A stretch of 64,000 nucleotides of DNA from Zootoca vivipara (Eukaryota): the NCBI RefSeq assembly GCF_963506605.1, contig NC_083279.1, positions 17,236,001-17,300,000 on the forward strand. The letters are read 5' to 3'. A program made the translations under genes and the position numbers. A model generated the notes under the pieces. It had not been told where the DNA came from, ran no database searches, and saw only the letters and a program-made list of their open reading frames with translations. This document shows positions 48,154-61,530 of this stretch, piece after piece. Numbering within the stretch: the first letter of the stretch is position 1; each line of letters begins with the position of its first letter.

Positions 48154-49723
48154 TAGATTCTCAACAACATGGCTGATGCATACCCTGTGATTTTCCATCA
48201 TAGCTTTCTCAGCTTTTAGTTTAAAGGTGTTATGAGGCTCAACATTTGAGTTTTATTGTGTGTGAATCTGAGATCTCTGAGGATATCCAGTTAAACAACT
48301 TGATCATTTCAGGACCAAATTGACACTATAAAATAGGCCACCGTTTTGGATCTTACCTGAGAGTGGGTTGGCTGAAGTCACCATTTGTGATGATGATGAT
48401 AGAGGAAAGATTAAAACCAGGGATTTCCTTAGAAAAGCTCTGTGTCCAAGTTTAGAGTTGCTTTTTAAGTGCTTTCTCAAGCAAACAAAGCAGCTGTACA
48501 TACAACATTAGAAGTTATTTTTTTCTGATGGTTGGTAGTATAATCCAGGAAAAGCTTTTCCACTTGCTTCTGTTGAATGCTAAGCCACTTTATATAATCA
48601 AGTGATTCAAGTGGCAACACTTTTTGTGGGGCTGTACCATTGTGTTTCAAGTGTCAGGTGTGTTTCAGGTGTCAGCATAGAAGTTCTCTCTCTGCAGCCT
48701 GGAGTGATGCAGTCTATTTTAACAATTTATTCTGTCGATTTATGGCAGAGGGTGCTATGTAGAAAAAAAGATAAGCCTACAACTCATTTGCAAGGCTGCC
48801 CTAACTTTCCTTCAAAGTGGAAATGAGCTGAAATGATATTAACATTCAGTCCTTTTTAAATGTTTTATGCAACTTTGTCTCCTTGGTATTTATAACCTCC
48901 AAGTACTTGTAGATTATTATCTTGTCCATCTTTCATTATGCTTTAGCCATGTTACATATAATTAAGTATTTTAATGACTCTTCACAAGCTAATCTATCTG
49001 GACTCATCATATTTTGTTTCATTTCTTTGAGCATCTGCCAACTTGTCAAGGTCTTTTTGATAATTAGTTGTCCAGTATTTATTTTGAACTGGCAACTTTC
49101 TGGAGGAGGAGATCAGGGTTTGTATTCCTCCCTTCTAAAATGTGATGCTCTGTTTGTAAAGGCCAAAGGTTCATTAGACATGCATTTTGGAAATAGATTC
49201 TCCTTTGTAATTTCAAACAACCTTCTCTAGATGGTTGATAATCACAGAGCAGCGGGCGGTGTTGGAAGGTCATTTATTAATCAATGAATTTCTACAGCAC
49301 CCGACTACCAACATCTAAGAGTTGGGGGGGGGGGGGCTTGGGAACTTAGAGCAGTCATTCATTAATCATATAACCAAAGAAACAAGCAAGTATGAAGTCC
49401 AAGATCAAATAAACCTATCCCAACAGAGAGAGATATAAAAAGAAAATAGGAGAGTTTGGGCATTGTCCCTCCACAAGTTCACTGAGCATGTGGACATACT
49501 TAAGTGTCCCAGTATAAAGAGGAGCTATACTTGTGTTGATATATGCACATATGTGTAGCTGGCCACATTAAATGCAACCCATTGTCCATATACAATGGCC
49601 TGTCAAGTGCTAGGTAGTCCTTCTCTTTATGAATTTAAGAAATCCTTGTTTCATTGTTCTCTATTGTTTGTAAGCATTTGTCATTTGGTATGTGTGTCTC
49701 TGCTATTTTCTTTTGTTCTCACT

Positions 49724-50183
49724 TGTCAGGGGATTGTTGTGGCTACTCCCGAGTAAAGACGCTCCAGTCCACTCTGTCTTTAAGAGTTTTATTGTGCATA
49801 CTATTTACAGTGCAGAGGCATCAGAAAACATCAATGCCTAGCCGCTCTCAGAATCCGGCAATACCGCCTTCCGGTTTCTGGTCCAACATAAGAGCTTGGG
49901 GACCCCAAAACACCTCCCCTTCACCTTACGTCTGGGTGCGCGCCTCAAATCGGGCGCCGGAAGGGGCTGCGTCCCATCTCCCCTTTGTTGGCTGCGACGT
50001 TGCTGTGACTCCGCTGCGTCACTGAGCCTTCCTTCCTCTACTGGCCTTCTGTGCAAGGGCTCAGCAGCATCTTGGAGCCCTCCCTCCATACCGCTCCCTC
50101 CTGACCCGCTGCTGACGCTATCACTGGGCGAAGTGCTGGTCAGGATGACTGGGGGAGGCTCCCTGTAAGGAGTCCCCCTGACA
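49724..50183 (-). mobile_element. Solo LTR
   Basis: TGTCAGGGG...CCCCTGACA termini; TSD TCACT/TCACC (1 mismatch); TTTATT near 49788. Confidence 0.7.
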
Positions 50184-51917
50184 TCACCTTTTATAGTTGT
50201 TATCTGGTTGTTATTCCTTCTGGTTCTCCTTCTGTCATATCTTGTCATATCTTGAATACTATCAGTCATACGTAGCATTCCATAGTAGACTATGTCTTCC
50301 CACATTTCACCTGCAATTGCAAGAAACTAGTTTTGAATGCATTGCTCAATAGTGGACCTTCCAGAAATTGGATATGATCAGTCTCACTACCATTAACACG
50401 TGACTGATAAGCTAGTGCACCTGGCCCACCACCAACAGAATTTCTGCCTCTTACTTCGGGGCTGGGGGTGGTGGTGGCAGAGAGGCTGGTACATTGATTG
50501 ATGCAATGCAGCACTCCCAACAATGTGCTCACTTAGTGTCATACCTTCTCCACTCGGTAAAAGGCAGGTGCATGGTGGTGCCCCCCCCCACTTACCATCC
50601 ATTCCTGATTCGCTCGCCTCGCCTTTCTGATTTCTGGTAGATTGCAAAATTTGAGGCTTATCATGCATTTTATGGACCATCACACACTGATAGTAAGCTC
50701 TGTTCAGCTTGGAAGATCACAAGTTGTGAAGCCCTTCTGTAGAAGGAGACACCATCCCATAGAATAACCTCTTTGCACTTGATTTAGCCTATGTTAGAAT
50801 ATGGTAAACCTTAATTACTAATGCATCTTCTTATTTAAAGACAACAGCACCGTTTGCAGAATCGTTCAGCCGTTGGAATATGTTTCAGAAGCCCATAGCA
50901 TATCTCATTTAATGCATTACTGGAGTTGCCTTCTGGGGTTTGAGATGCCCCCAGTCATTCCTCTTTAGTGTATCTCATTTTTGAAGACATCAGTCATTTA
51001 ACTCCGGAGGCTACTTATGTTCCATGCAAACTCACTGCCTCCTCTAGTTTGTTTCTGAAAATTATTCACATCTGAAATAATCATTGCCCTCAGGTTATCA
51101 GGAATTATTTTCAATAAAAGAATGAATGCCACAGCATGTTAAGTTCTGCACATGAAAGAAACTTTTGTGTCTCATTTGAGGCCCTTGTCCTTTATTGTGT
51201 TCAGCAGCTGAGCTGCGGCAGGATGAAGGAGGTGCCTGTAGCTATTTATTTATTTGTCTGACTTCCTTCAATCAGGCTCATTGGGTGTTCAAGGAGATCT
51301 CTCTGCCTGACACTAGCCCAACACATACCTGTTTAGCAGCAGCAAAGTTGCCAAATGATCATCATACGCCTTGAGACAACAGCCCTCCCTAAGCCTCTCC
51401 TTTCCTTCTCACATCTTATTGCTTGTCTTACCAAACACAAGACAGCTAATGTTGCAGTCACAGTTACACGCCTGATAATGATTTGAGATGACCAAATTCT
51501 TCCTAACAATTACATGTTTCGGGGGAAAACAAATTCTCAGCTGCAGTTCAACATTTCTCGTTACCGTGGGAAACAGGTTCCCCCCCCCCAGCCCCAAGAA
51601 ATGCTTGTATAAGGCTGTTTGCTTCTTCAGGCTGCATACAATTATGTGTCGATAAAACTAGAGCTCTATTCAGGTGCTCAAAGGACACACAGGGGAATAA
51701 GGTATAGAAGGAACACTGAGCCAGACATGTCATCCCAATGTATCCATCCCTACCAATTCCACCCCAACATATTGTGGTGTTAAATCCAAGGCGGGGTTCT
51801 TTCCACATTAAAACAAAAAAAAACTTAGAAGACTGCTTTTCCCTTCACAGAGCTACAGTCCCCAGAGTGGTTTAGCAATCAATCCCTCTTGGCAGTGAAC
51901 CAGTTCTCCCATTGAGG

Positions 51918-52007
51918 CATTGCTGCCAAGTTTTCCCTTTTCTTGCGAGGAAGCCTATTCAGCATAAGGAAATTTCCCTTTAAAAAAGGGAGAACTTGGC
52001 AGCTATG
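51918..52007. mobile_element. 90-bp hAT-type MITE (CATAGCTGCC family)
   Basis: TIRs plus perfect 8-bp TSD CATTGAGG. Confidence 0.8.
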
Positions 52008-52170
52008 CATTGAGGAATGCAAGAAATGGGTATGTCATGAGACCCAGACTGTACTCTGGAGGGTCTATGGTTCTATCAAATGCTAGGAGTTGGAGGAACC
52101 TGACACTGGGCTTACAACTTGGTAGCATTCGGGCTGAGGAAAGATTGTGGTGATCACAGCCACCTGCAGA

Positions 52171-52476
52171 CCCTTCCAAGTGTCCCTATTTTCCAGGGAC
52201 AGTCCCGGATTTACAGAAGCCATCCTGGTTTCTGGTTTGGTCCCGGAATGTCCCACTTTTCCTTAGGACATCCCTATCTTCATCAGAGAAATGTTGGAGG
52301 GTATAGAGTAATGTGACCCCTGAGCTAAGAAGATGAGTAACTAACTATACAACCTTTAGTAGACATCTGAAGGCAGCCCTATATTAGGGAAGTTTTTAAA
52401 AATGTTTTATTATGTTTTTATATATGTTGGAAGCTGCCCAGAGTGACTGAGGCAACCCAGTCAGATGGGCAGGGTT

Positions 52477-52528
<52 letters not shown>

Positions 52529-52932
52529 GGGACCCAGGTGGTGCTGTGGGCTAAACCACTGAGCCTAGGGCTTGCTGATCAGGTCAGCGGTTCGAATCCC
52601 TGTGACAGGGTGAGCTCCCGTTGCTTGGTCCCAGCTCCTGCCAACCTAGCAGTTCGAAAGCACATCAAAATGCAAGTAGATAAATAGGAACCACTATAGC
52701 AGGAAGGTAAACGGCGTTTCCATGTGCTGCTCTGCTTTGCCAGAAGCGGCTTTGTCATGCTGGCCACATGACCTGGAAGCTATACGCCGGCTCACTCAGC
52801 CAATAATGCGAGATGAGCGCGCAACCCCAGAGTCGGTCACGACTGGACCTAATGGTCAGGGGTCCCTTTACCTTTAATATTAATAATAGAATTGGATGTC
52901 CCTATTTTCACTAGAGAAATTTTGGAGGGTAT
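52171..52932 (+). mobile_element. Non-autonomous element with L2-like tail (copy 3), with a SINE inserted in its (AAT)n tract
   Basis: Homologous to 3488-3890; resumes at ~52876 after the SINE. Confidence 0.65.
52529..52875 (+). mobile_element. Sauria SINE
   Basis: Same family as 9665-10013. Confidence 0.9.
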
Positions 52933-54284
52933 GCAATGGCAATGGTAGGGAGTGACACAGAAGTGGGAATTTGATAGTTTCTCAGTATGCTCCTGAGGTA
53001 GTCATATAGTAGGCACCGTGGGGCCGGAACGTAGCCTAAACCTCCTTTATAATAGAGCAATTCTCCCCCACAGCTGTTTACAGGATTTCAGACGAACAAA
53101 CACCCCCCCAGTGAGATAATAAACCTGCTGAATTATTTAAGGGAATTTGTGCTTCTGTTGAGCCTACAACACACACACACACACCTTCCACATTTTTCAG
53201 CCTGCTTTTCGCAGAAGGCCTTTCTAACAAGCTCCTAGTTGATGGTGATGCTGAATGACGAACGTTTATCACAAGATGCTTGCTATCTTTCTAGTGCTAA
53301 ATAAAATGGATGTGCTGCACATTTTAATTGGAAAGCAAACTAAATGACCTGCCTGTATGATTTCACTCCTTCTGCATTGTCACATTCATATGTTTCTGGA
53401 TTCTACCAGCTCACAGGAGAAATGACATCTTGAGCCGTACTGAGTCCCAGCATCATTCCACTATAGGCAATGATGTTAAACCAGGCAATCATTTTTGCCC
53501 CTATTGAATGCAGCGCTCTGTGCTTAGCACACATAATGAAGAAACACGAGCTCTCTGTGCACAGCTAGACCTATTTTTTTTCCTGAATGTGCATATATTC
53601 CTGAAATATTAGGCTTCTATACCCAGAGGTATGGATCCTGTGGGGTGCATAAAATGAGGTTTGGAAGGAGCATAGAGCAGAGGCGCAGCATATGTTTCAC
53701 ATACAAAGGATCCGTATCAACAGGATCTCAAGGTGGGTCTGGCATTGTCCCTTGCTTGAAACCCTGGAGAGCTACTCTCAGTGTAGACAATCCTGAGCTT
53801 GATGGACAAATGGTCCAACTGAACAGGAGGCAGGTTCCTGTCTGCCCTAGGCCCAGGTTGCCTTGTCTGTACAGCTCACTAGGGCGTTTCAAAAACATAA
53901 ATCAATCATGCACAACTTTTCTCTTCCTGCTTATTCCCTATCCTCTTTACCTGCCAGTCCAGGCTTCCTGCAAACTTTCTCTTGAAGGCTGTGGTCCCAT
54001 TCCTCTGTGACTTGCTTCGCCAGCAACATGCACTCATGGCTGCTTCTCATACTCCAAGAGAAAGTTAGCAGAATCTCCAGCATAGGCATGCTGAGGATGC
54101 CTGCTCCATGCAAAGAATATGTTGATAATTCAAAACAACTGAAGGGAACATTCCCAAAGGCAGGCATGCAAATGATGTTCATAATTAACTCGGCACATCC
54201 GAAAAGCAGAGGGAAAACCTGACATGCTTAATTTTAAGATGGATTTTATAGGAGAGCCCAGCCAGATCCAGAAACAGCTGTCCT

Positions 54285-54640
54285 ATATACCTGAAGGAGC
54301 ATCTCCACCTCCATTGTTCAGCCTGGACACTGAGATCCAGCGCTGATGGCCTTCTGGCGGTTCCCTCACTGCGAGAAGCAAAGCTACAGGGAACCAGGCA
54401 GAGGGCGTTCTCAATAGTGGTGCCTGCCCTGTGGAACACCCTTCCATCAGAGGTCAGAGAGATGAACAACTACCTGACATTTAGAAAACACCTAAAGGCA
54501 GCCCTGTTTAGGGAAGTTTTTAATCTGTGATATTTTAATGTATTTTTGTGTTTGTTGGAAGCCGTCCAGAGTGGCCGGGGAAACCCAGCCAGATGGGTGG
54601 GGTATAATAATAATAATAATTAATAATAATAATAATTAAT
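54285..54640 (+). mobile_element. L2-like LINE 3' fragment
   Basis: YLKEHL...RAFS.V.PALWN.LP-like end of ORF2, then GGAAGCCGTCCAGAGTGGC...GATGGG.GGGGTATAA(TAA)n. Confidence 0.7.
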
Positions 54641-55591
54641 AATATCTAGAATGGTTTTATTTTAATAGAAGAGAAGATGCTTGCAGTCAGTGGGGTAGGT
54701 GGGACTTATGCTGAATTTTAAATCCATTCAACTCGGTCATGTGACCTAACATAAATTAAGCCATTACAAATAGTGTTGTAACTCAAGCACTATTTAAAGG
54801 CCTGTTTTTCCTCTGCCAGGCTTAGGTCAGCTCATCTAGTAGTAGCCCCACTGCTGAAAACAGTTTGGATCTGATGTAACTTTATTGATTAATTCCAGCT
54901 TCCTTTATGCTAGTTTCTTGCACATAGGATGGCTCCCAAAAGTTCCTGTTGCAGAATTGAACCATGGTAGTCTTTCAGACACTGCAAACAGCAGACCACC
55001 AACAAGCACACCAAATGTATTGCTGATATCTTGATTTCTAGATTTATCAGTGTGTTCACTGATAGCAAAGGATATCATTGCTTATAATCACATCATTGCT
55101 TATAATCACACATCATTGCTTATAAACAAGCCCATGTCCACAGGGCTCAAAGGGCTTTGGGATTGTGGTTTTCACCCATAAAATTCTACAATAGTTGAAC
55201 AAAGGTACTTAGCTAGAGGGATCATCATTGCCTATCAACTAGTTGTGCACAGCTAGCTGACAAATCTGGACTGAGATCTGGTGCTCTATGTACATAAAGA
55301 AATGTTTTTTTTCCTGTTGTTTCTTGGTTTCATCATTGAGCACTAGCATTTAAACTGATTCCCTGTGAAATAGAAGTACAGGAAGAAGAGACACTTCCAA
55401 CATTTGGCAATGTGTTAATAGGATCCCAGTGGAGTTAGCATTCAAATTTCTGCCATTTAATCAGTCAACAAAAGAATTCTGTAGAAGTTGCCATTTAGAC
55501 ATGCAAGAGCATCTAACTATCATGCTGCTCGGTTGCATAATGACTCCATGCAATTAAATCACCCAACAGAAATTTTTAACCATTCTCTGCC

Positions 55592-55830
55592 TACCCTGTT
55601 TCTCATATTTTAAGACATACCCATAAAATAAGCCATAGCAGGATTTTTAAGCATTCAAGGAATATAAGCCATACCCCCAAAATAAGACATAGTGATAGGT
55701 GCAGCAGCAATGCGGGCCGCGGCAGGAGGAGGAGGAAAAAAATAAGACATCCCTTGAAAATAAGCCATAGTGTGTTTTTTTGAGGAAAAAATAAATATAA
55801 GACGTGTCTTATAATATGAGAAACACGGTA
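55592..55830. mobile_element. Tc1/mariner-type MITE
   Basis: TACCCTGTTTCTCATATTTTAAGACA ... TGTCTTATAATATGAGAAACACGGTA. Confidence 0.75.
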
Positions 55831-56583
55831 TGTCTACTTGACTGAACTTGCAATGAAAAATAAATTACGGACGACGAATTATTTATATCCTGCAACTTCA
55901 TGGGGTTTCAGTCCTCCAGAATCTTAGCTAAAATGATACCCCCAAGAGAACTAATGATTTTGCCAAAGAATCTTGGATGGGACCCTCAGGACTTCTCAGT
56001 AGCTCTTCTCTGTACCTTGTCATACCAAGAGAGATATCTGCTGTCTGAGCAGAAGCAATCTATAATGCAGTACAGTGCTTTCAATAAGTAACGTTGCAGT
56101 TCTCACATACATTTATATACTTGTAGCCTTGCTGGACACACAATGTGCACACAATGACATTAGCGCTTCAATGTGAGGTAGAAAATCTTCTCAGTTAATA
56201 AAAGATGGTTGTTGAAACCCCATGTCACAATTGGTTAGGGTGGGAAGGAAAGGAGGAAGGAAATCGGAAGTCTCTCCAAGACCTCTTCTCTCTTCCTGGA
56301 ACTTCATTCCACATACCTCTAGTTTCTCACCATTTCCTTACTGGAGACTGGGTTTCCAAAACTAACCTGGTAGGGGGAAGAAGGTTCCTTCTGGAATAGG
56401 ACCTCCACCCTCTGCTCTTGGTAAGGGGGATTTGTCTCACAGTTAGAAAGCCTATACAGTAGAGCCACCATAGAGTTCGATGGGGCCATGTAAGACACTT
56501 AGTTCTGCCTCGTGTTCATTGCAAGAAACACATAGCTGTCCCATCTGATGACTGCCCATCCTCTGGTTGAAGACCTCCAGGGA

Positions 56584-56666
56584 CAGGTAGGTAGCCGTGT
56601 TGGTCTGACGCAGTCAAAACAAAATAAAATAAATCCTTCCGGTAGCACCTTAGAGACCAACTAAGT
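56584..56666 (+). mobile_element. Short Penelope-like terminal fragment
   Basis: GGTAGCCGTGTTGGTCTG...GCACCTTAGAGACCAAC motif, recognised by resemblance only. Confidence 0.45.
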
Positions 56667-56679
56667 ATGAGTTTTGTGT

Positions 56680-57109
56680 ACGGGACCGCCTCTCCTGGTA
56701 TGCCCCATGGAGGACCTTAAGGTCCACAAACAACAATATTCTGGAGATCCTGAGCCATAAGGTGGCTAGATCGCCCTCTACTAGCCAGGGCTTTTTCAGT
56801 ATTGGCCCCAACTTGGTGGAACGCTCTTTCACAGGAGACCAGGGACCTGCGAGATTTGTCATCTTTCCGCAGGGCCTGCAAGACAGAGCTGTTCCGCCTG
56901 GCCTTTGGGTTGGACTTAGTCTGACCCCTGTGTTTTTCCTCCCTCATGGTTTGAATTTGACTACTCAAAATGAGGCTGCATTTTAAATTTTAATACTGTA
57001 TTTTAATCTGTATTTTAATTAATTGCTTTTTATGTTTTATTGTAATTTTATTGGTGTGAGCCGCCCTGAGCCCGGTTCTGACTCGGGAGGGCAGGGTATA
57101 AATAAATAA

Positions 57110-57157
<48 letters not shown>

Positions 57158-57160
57158 GTT
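56680..57160 (+). mobile_element. L2-like LINE 3' fragment with (TTA)n tail
   Basis: RDRLS.Y.P.R.LRS...FRRACKTELFRLAF-like ORF2 end, GAGCCGCCCTGAGCC...GGGCAGGGTATAAATAAA. Confidence 0.7.
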
Positions 57161-57321
57161 ATTAATGTTCAACTGAAATCTACCATCTGGAAACTAAAAC
57201 CCTTTTGGTCCAGGCAAGCACTCTTCTATATGACAGATCTCCTAATAATATTTGGTCTTCAGCATTACGGTTTCCTTGGTCTTTGGTGATAAGTAAACGT
57301 CTTGTGAACTTACAGGGGTGC

Positions 57322-57806
57322 TGTCGGGGTGCCGTCAGCAGCTTCCGACTGGTTTCCCAGGGAAGTATAAAGAGAAGGGAAAGTTTCTTACAGAGAGAGG
57401 GCATAGAACCCAGCCTCTTGGATAATGACATTGTCCTGAGTGAATTCCCCCCCCCCTTTTGCTCCCACTTCCTCATTAATTACCATTTCCTCTACAGGTG
57501 CTGCTAAGTGCCCTCTGTCTTCAAGCTATTCGCTCTCCTACTTTTAAGGCTCGTCAGGTTCTGGGAGATGGCGGAATGCTTTCTAGTGACAGCGTGTCAG
57601 CCAGCTGCTGCTCCAGCTCTGCCTGCTCCTCCTCTCCCATTATTTCCCAACTTTCCCCCTCATCTGCCTCTATACTATCTTCCTCTTCCTCCTCCCAGGA
57701 AGGGTCAGGATGGGGAGGCGGTCTTCACTACTCCCACTCCCACTCCGCCCAGCCCCTGACATCACCCCTCTTTCCGGTGTCGTCCTCCTCTTCCCAGTCC
57801 CTGACA
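57322..57806 (-). mobile_element. Solo LTR
   Basis: TGTC...TGACA termini with perfect 5-bp TSD GGTGC; strand tentative. Confidence 0.7.
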
Positions 57807-59282
57807 GGTGCCATCTTGAATAAAATATGGTATTGGGAGTCAGGTAAGCCCCACCCCGCATAATCAATCTCAAGATGTAGTGCACACACACCATTTGAAT
57901 GGCAATGCTCATCAACTCAGGGGGTGGCCCCCTCAAATATTTTACTGGGAGGCCAAAGGGACCTCGGCCCCTCGGCCCCTAGGTATTGGCTCCTATGTGA
58001 GAATATGTTCAAGTACCTTCTTGCTAGACTTCCATGGGTTCTATTCTCGAGTGTGCCATAGAAGACATGGGGTTTGCCAGATCACTTCCTATGCAGCACT
58101 ACTCCTCTATTGGTCACCAGCTGTGCTGGTGTGGGAAGCCTCAATGAGTTCTTAGCAAACGGTGTGATTGGCCCTTGCATGTATTGTCACAGGGACATGG
58201 AGCCCGATATAAATGTGACCATTTGACCATGCCTCCTGGGTAATGTATAATTTTAACTTTGGCTGCGAACTGACAGAGGCCTCAAATAATAATTGAAGTT
58301 TCTGATGTAGATGACAAATGATATTTGGTCTCTAGAAGTAATCTAAGCTGCATGCTAGTTTCTTCTCTGACACGAGAATCAGGAGGGTACTTGTACAAGA
58401 TGATATGTTTGTAGATTTATGCTTCTTTTATTCTGAAGAATACTTAGCCTGCAGGGGGAAAATATATATAGAAAAGGACCCTTCTAGTATGTGCTTTGCT
58501 TCTTCAGATGGGTCCCTGTTGACTCTCTGGTTGCCTCTGTTGACATTACAGAGAACCTCCAGTCAAGGGAGCCCAAAAAAATATTTCCTTCTGACAACTC
58601 TTATAACAGTGAAAAGCAGTGTATATTTAGAGCTTGTTTCTCTATAGAGAGTCCTTGCTTGTGCAGTCCATGTCCTTGTTCACACAGCTACTGCCCCCAT
58701 TGACCTAAAATTTGCCACTGTTGAAACACCAGTGACCTTTATTTCAAGTTAACAAAGAGAAAGGGGAGGAGAGTTTTCTCTACTGCCTTTAAAGAGTGCT
58801 TAAAAGAAAAAAGAAAATAAGAAAATCCAATGTCAAAACATTGAAATTAGATCATTCTCATGATGCAAAACACTAACCTCCAGCCTTGACATGCAGGGAT
58901 GCATACTTTGAATTGCTTTTGTTCAGTTGCTGCCAATGGGAATGAATCAGACTAAAGCCAACACATCTGGTTTCTGTGGCTTATGGACTGAAATGAAAAT
59001 GTAGCAAGAAGCTAAAAATTCAGACTGTTGCCCAGTTAAAGGGTTTTCAATTGATCAACCATATCTCTCTTGAGTCAACTGATTGTTAAAAAGCAAATAA
59101 ATCTCCATATTACCAAACTGTCAAGAGAGGTGCATTTTTTTTTAGATATTAAAATACATTAAAATAAACTGGGTGATCACTCACAATTTCAAGTATAAAA
59201 TAACTGTTCCTGGTTAAAAGAGGAGGTTATATAGATTGTGGAGTTTCCTGATGATTATATTAGGATCTGTTCTTTTAAACTT

Positions 59283-59470
59283 AGAATCATAGAGTTGGAA
59301 GAGACCACAAGGGCCATCCAGTCCAACCCCCTGCCAAGCAGGAAACACCATCAAAGCATTCTTGACATATGCCTGTCAAGCCTCTGCTTAAAGACCTCCA
59401 AAGAAGGAGACTCCACCACACTCCTTGGCAGCAAATTCCACTGTCGAACAGCTCTTACTGCCAGGAACTT
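59283..59470 (-). mobile_element. CR1 3' fragment
   Basis: AGAATCATAGAGTTGGAAGAGACCACAAGGGCCATCCAGTCCAACCCC...TTCCACTGTCGAACAGCTCTTACTG. Confidence 0.8.
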
Positions 59471-60628
59471 GTTCGTAAATAATCTGGAGCTAGCAGTGAG
59501 GTATCCATATTCTTTGATGAAAGTTGTTCCAGGTGGTTAAACAAAAAAAGGATGATGAGGAGATCCAGAAGGATATTATCAAACTGGGTGAATAGGTATG
59601 AAAAGCGGAGGAACTGTCTCATCTGCCTGAGAAGTGAAGCTGGAGGAGTGTGTTATCCTTCTCTATATATTTCCTGTTGATAATTTGCTTCGCATTTGGA
59701 ACACTGAAAAGGTGCTACATCAAAGCTTTCTCCTGGTCCTTCCCTAACTATGTTACACTTTCAACATCAGTAGGGCAAGTTTCCATGGTGTGAGGAGAGG
59801 CAATCCAAGATCAGATTTTCTTATTTTCTGTCTCTGACCATTGTGATCTGATGCATCCTATGGCCCCTAAGGCAGCTTTCCGGGGGCCATAGATTGTAGG
59901 TCTGGTTGACTATTCTATACCTCACAGTAATCAAAACTTACAATCCTGGTGAAAGTCAAGGTCCTCCGTCTATAAACACAGATGCTTTTGTGGTTAGGAT
60001 ACTAAGTCAGTGATTAATGTGCAAGTGTCTTAAGGTTTGCATGGAAAAATAAGCAGATGCTTAAGGCACCTGCACAGATGCAGCTACAGGCATCGCTGCT
60101 CTGAAAACAATAAGCTGAAGTCAGCAGATTTCAAAGAGTCCATCAACTAAATGAGGCAAAACAGCTACAGCTAAGACCAGGACAAGAGACAGATGTCCAG
60201 GTGAAAAAGTCAGGGGCAATGGCTGTGAGGTAAGTATCCATGAGAAATCTCCATAGTAATGAACTGAGCCAGCAACCCTAGGATAAAAAAAATATGACCA
60301 GAGGATTCAGAAACCACAGGAGGTGGATCATGAAGTAGCAGGACTTGGAGGAAAATGTAGCAAGGAGCAAGCATGCCTGTGAAGCATAGCGAAACCCCTG
60401 CTGCCCAATAAAAATCTAAGCGAGGCATATAAAAATGCCCATAAAACATCTTAAGCAGATGTGCAGGTAAGAAGCAGTGGAAGAAAATGAGACGGAGTGG
60501 GAAAAACCTGTACAGGCAACTGATTTTAACAACTGTCAAAAATGTAGGATAACCCCATAAAAACGGCCCACCATATGTGACTACTTCTGCTATACCGATA
60601 GGGCAGGTCATGAGCAGTTGGTTTAGAA

Positions 60629-61458
60629 CAGAAGTTTTCAATTTCTTTGCATCCACGACTCCCTTGACCAATTATATTTTTTTCTGCGGCACCCCTGTGG
60701 GCTTCAGGAGCCCAGTTATGTCACCCCTTGCCTGCAGATCTGGCAGCCTCTTGTCCTTTTCCCCGAACACCTTCCCTTGTGGAGTACTCTCTCAGCCTCC
60801 TCTCCTCTCCCATCTCCTTGGGAGTCATCTGGGCAGCTGCTGCTGCTGCCGCCCCTGGTCTCTGAGCTTCCTCCCCCCCCCCCAACACACAAAGAGAGGT
60901 GCCTCTTCATAGTGCCTAACAGGGGCCTGAGACTTGCCTGCCCATTCCCAACAGCAAGGACTGGTGGACTGGTTGGGTAGGCTCCCTCGCCCACTTGCTT
61001 GCTTGCTTCAAAGCCACCTCAGCTCCTGACAACCAGCACTCCCTGAGCAGCCCCACAGGCAACCATTCACCTGGGGTGCTTGTAGCCAGGGCTGCTGTAA
61101 CAAACAGCTGTGAAAGCCTATGGGAGGCAGAGACGTGAGGGGCATCAGAGGAGAGAGGAAAGGAAAGAGGTACAGAGGCCAGCGTGGCGTAGTGATTAAG
61201 AGCGGTCGACTCGTAATCTGGTGAACCGGATTCACTTCCCCACTCCTCCACCCATGCAGCTGCTGGGTGACCTTGGGCTAGTCACACTTCTCTGAAATCT
61301 CTCGGCCTCACTCACCTCACAGAGTGTTTGTTGTGGGAGAGGAAGGGAAAGGGGATTGTTAGCCGCTTTGAGACTCCTTAAGGGGAGTGAAAGGTGGGAT
61401 ATCAAGTCCAAAGTCTTCTTCTTCTTCTTCTTCTTCTTCTTCTTCTTCTTCTTCTTCT

Positions 61459-61489
<31 letters not shown>

Positions 61490-61530
61490 GGCACCCCAGG
61501 GTACCATGGCTCACTGGTTGAAAAACACTG
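60629..61530. mobile_element. hAT-type non-autonomous element containing a SINE insertion
   Basis: CAGAAGTTTTCAA...TTGAAAAACACTG termini; TSD-like GTTTAGAA/GGCTAGAA. Confidence 0.55.
61176..61488 (+). mobile_element. tRNA-derived squamate SINE with (TTC)n tail
   Basis: GCCAGCGTGGCGTAGTGATTAAGAGC...GTGACCTTGGGCTAGTCAC...GTTAGCCGCTTTGAG followed by (TTC)n. Confidence 0.75.

Noticed and set aside
49838-50305. 155-aa ORF
   Set aside because: Runs across a solo LTR boundary and has no recognisable domain
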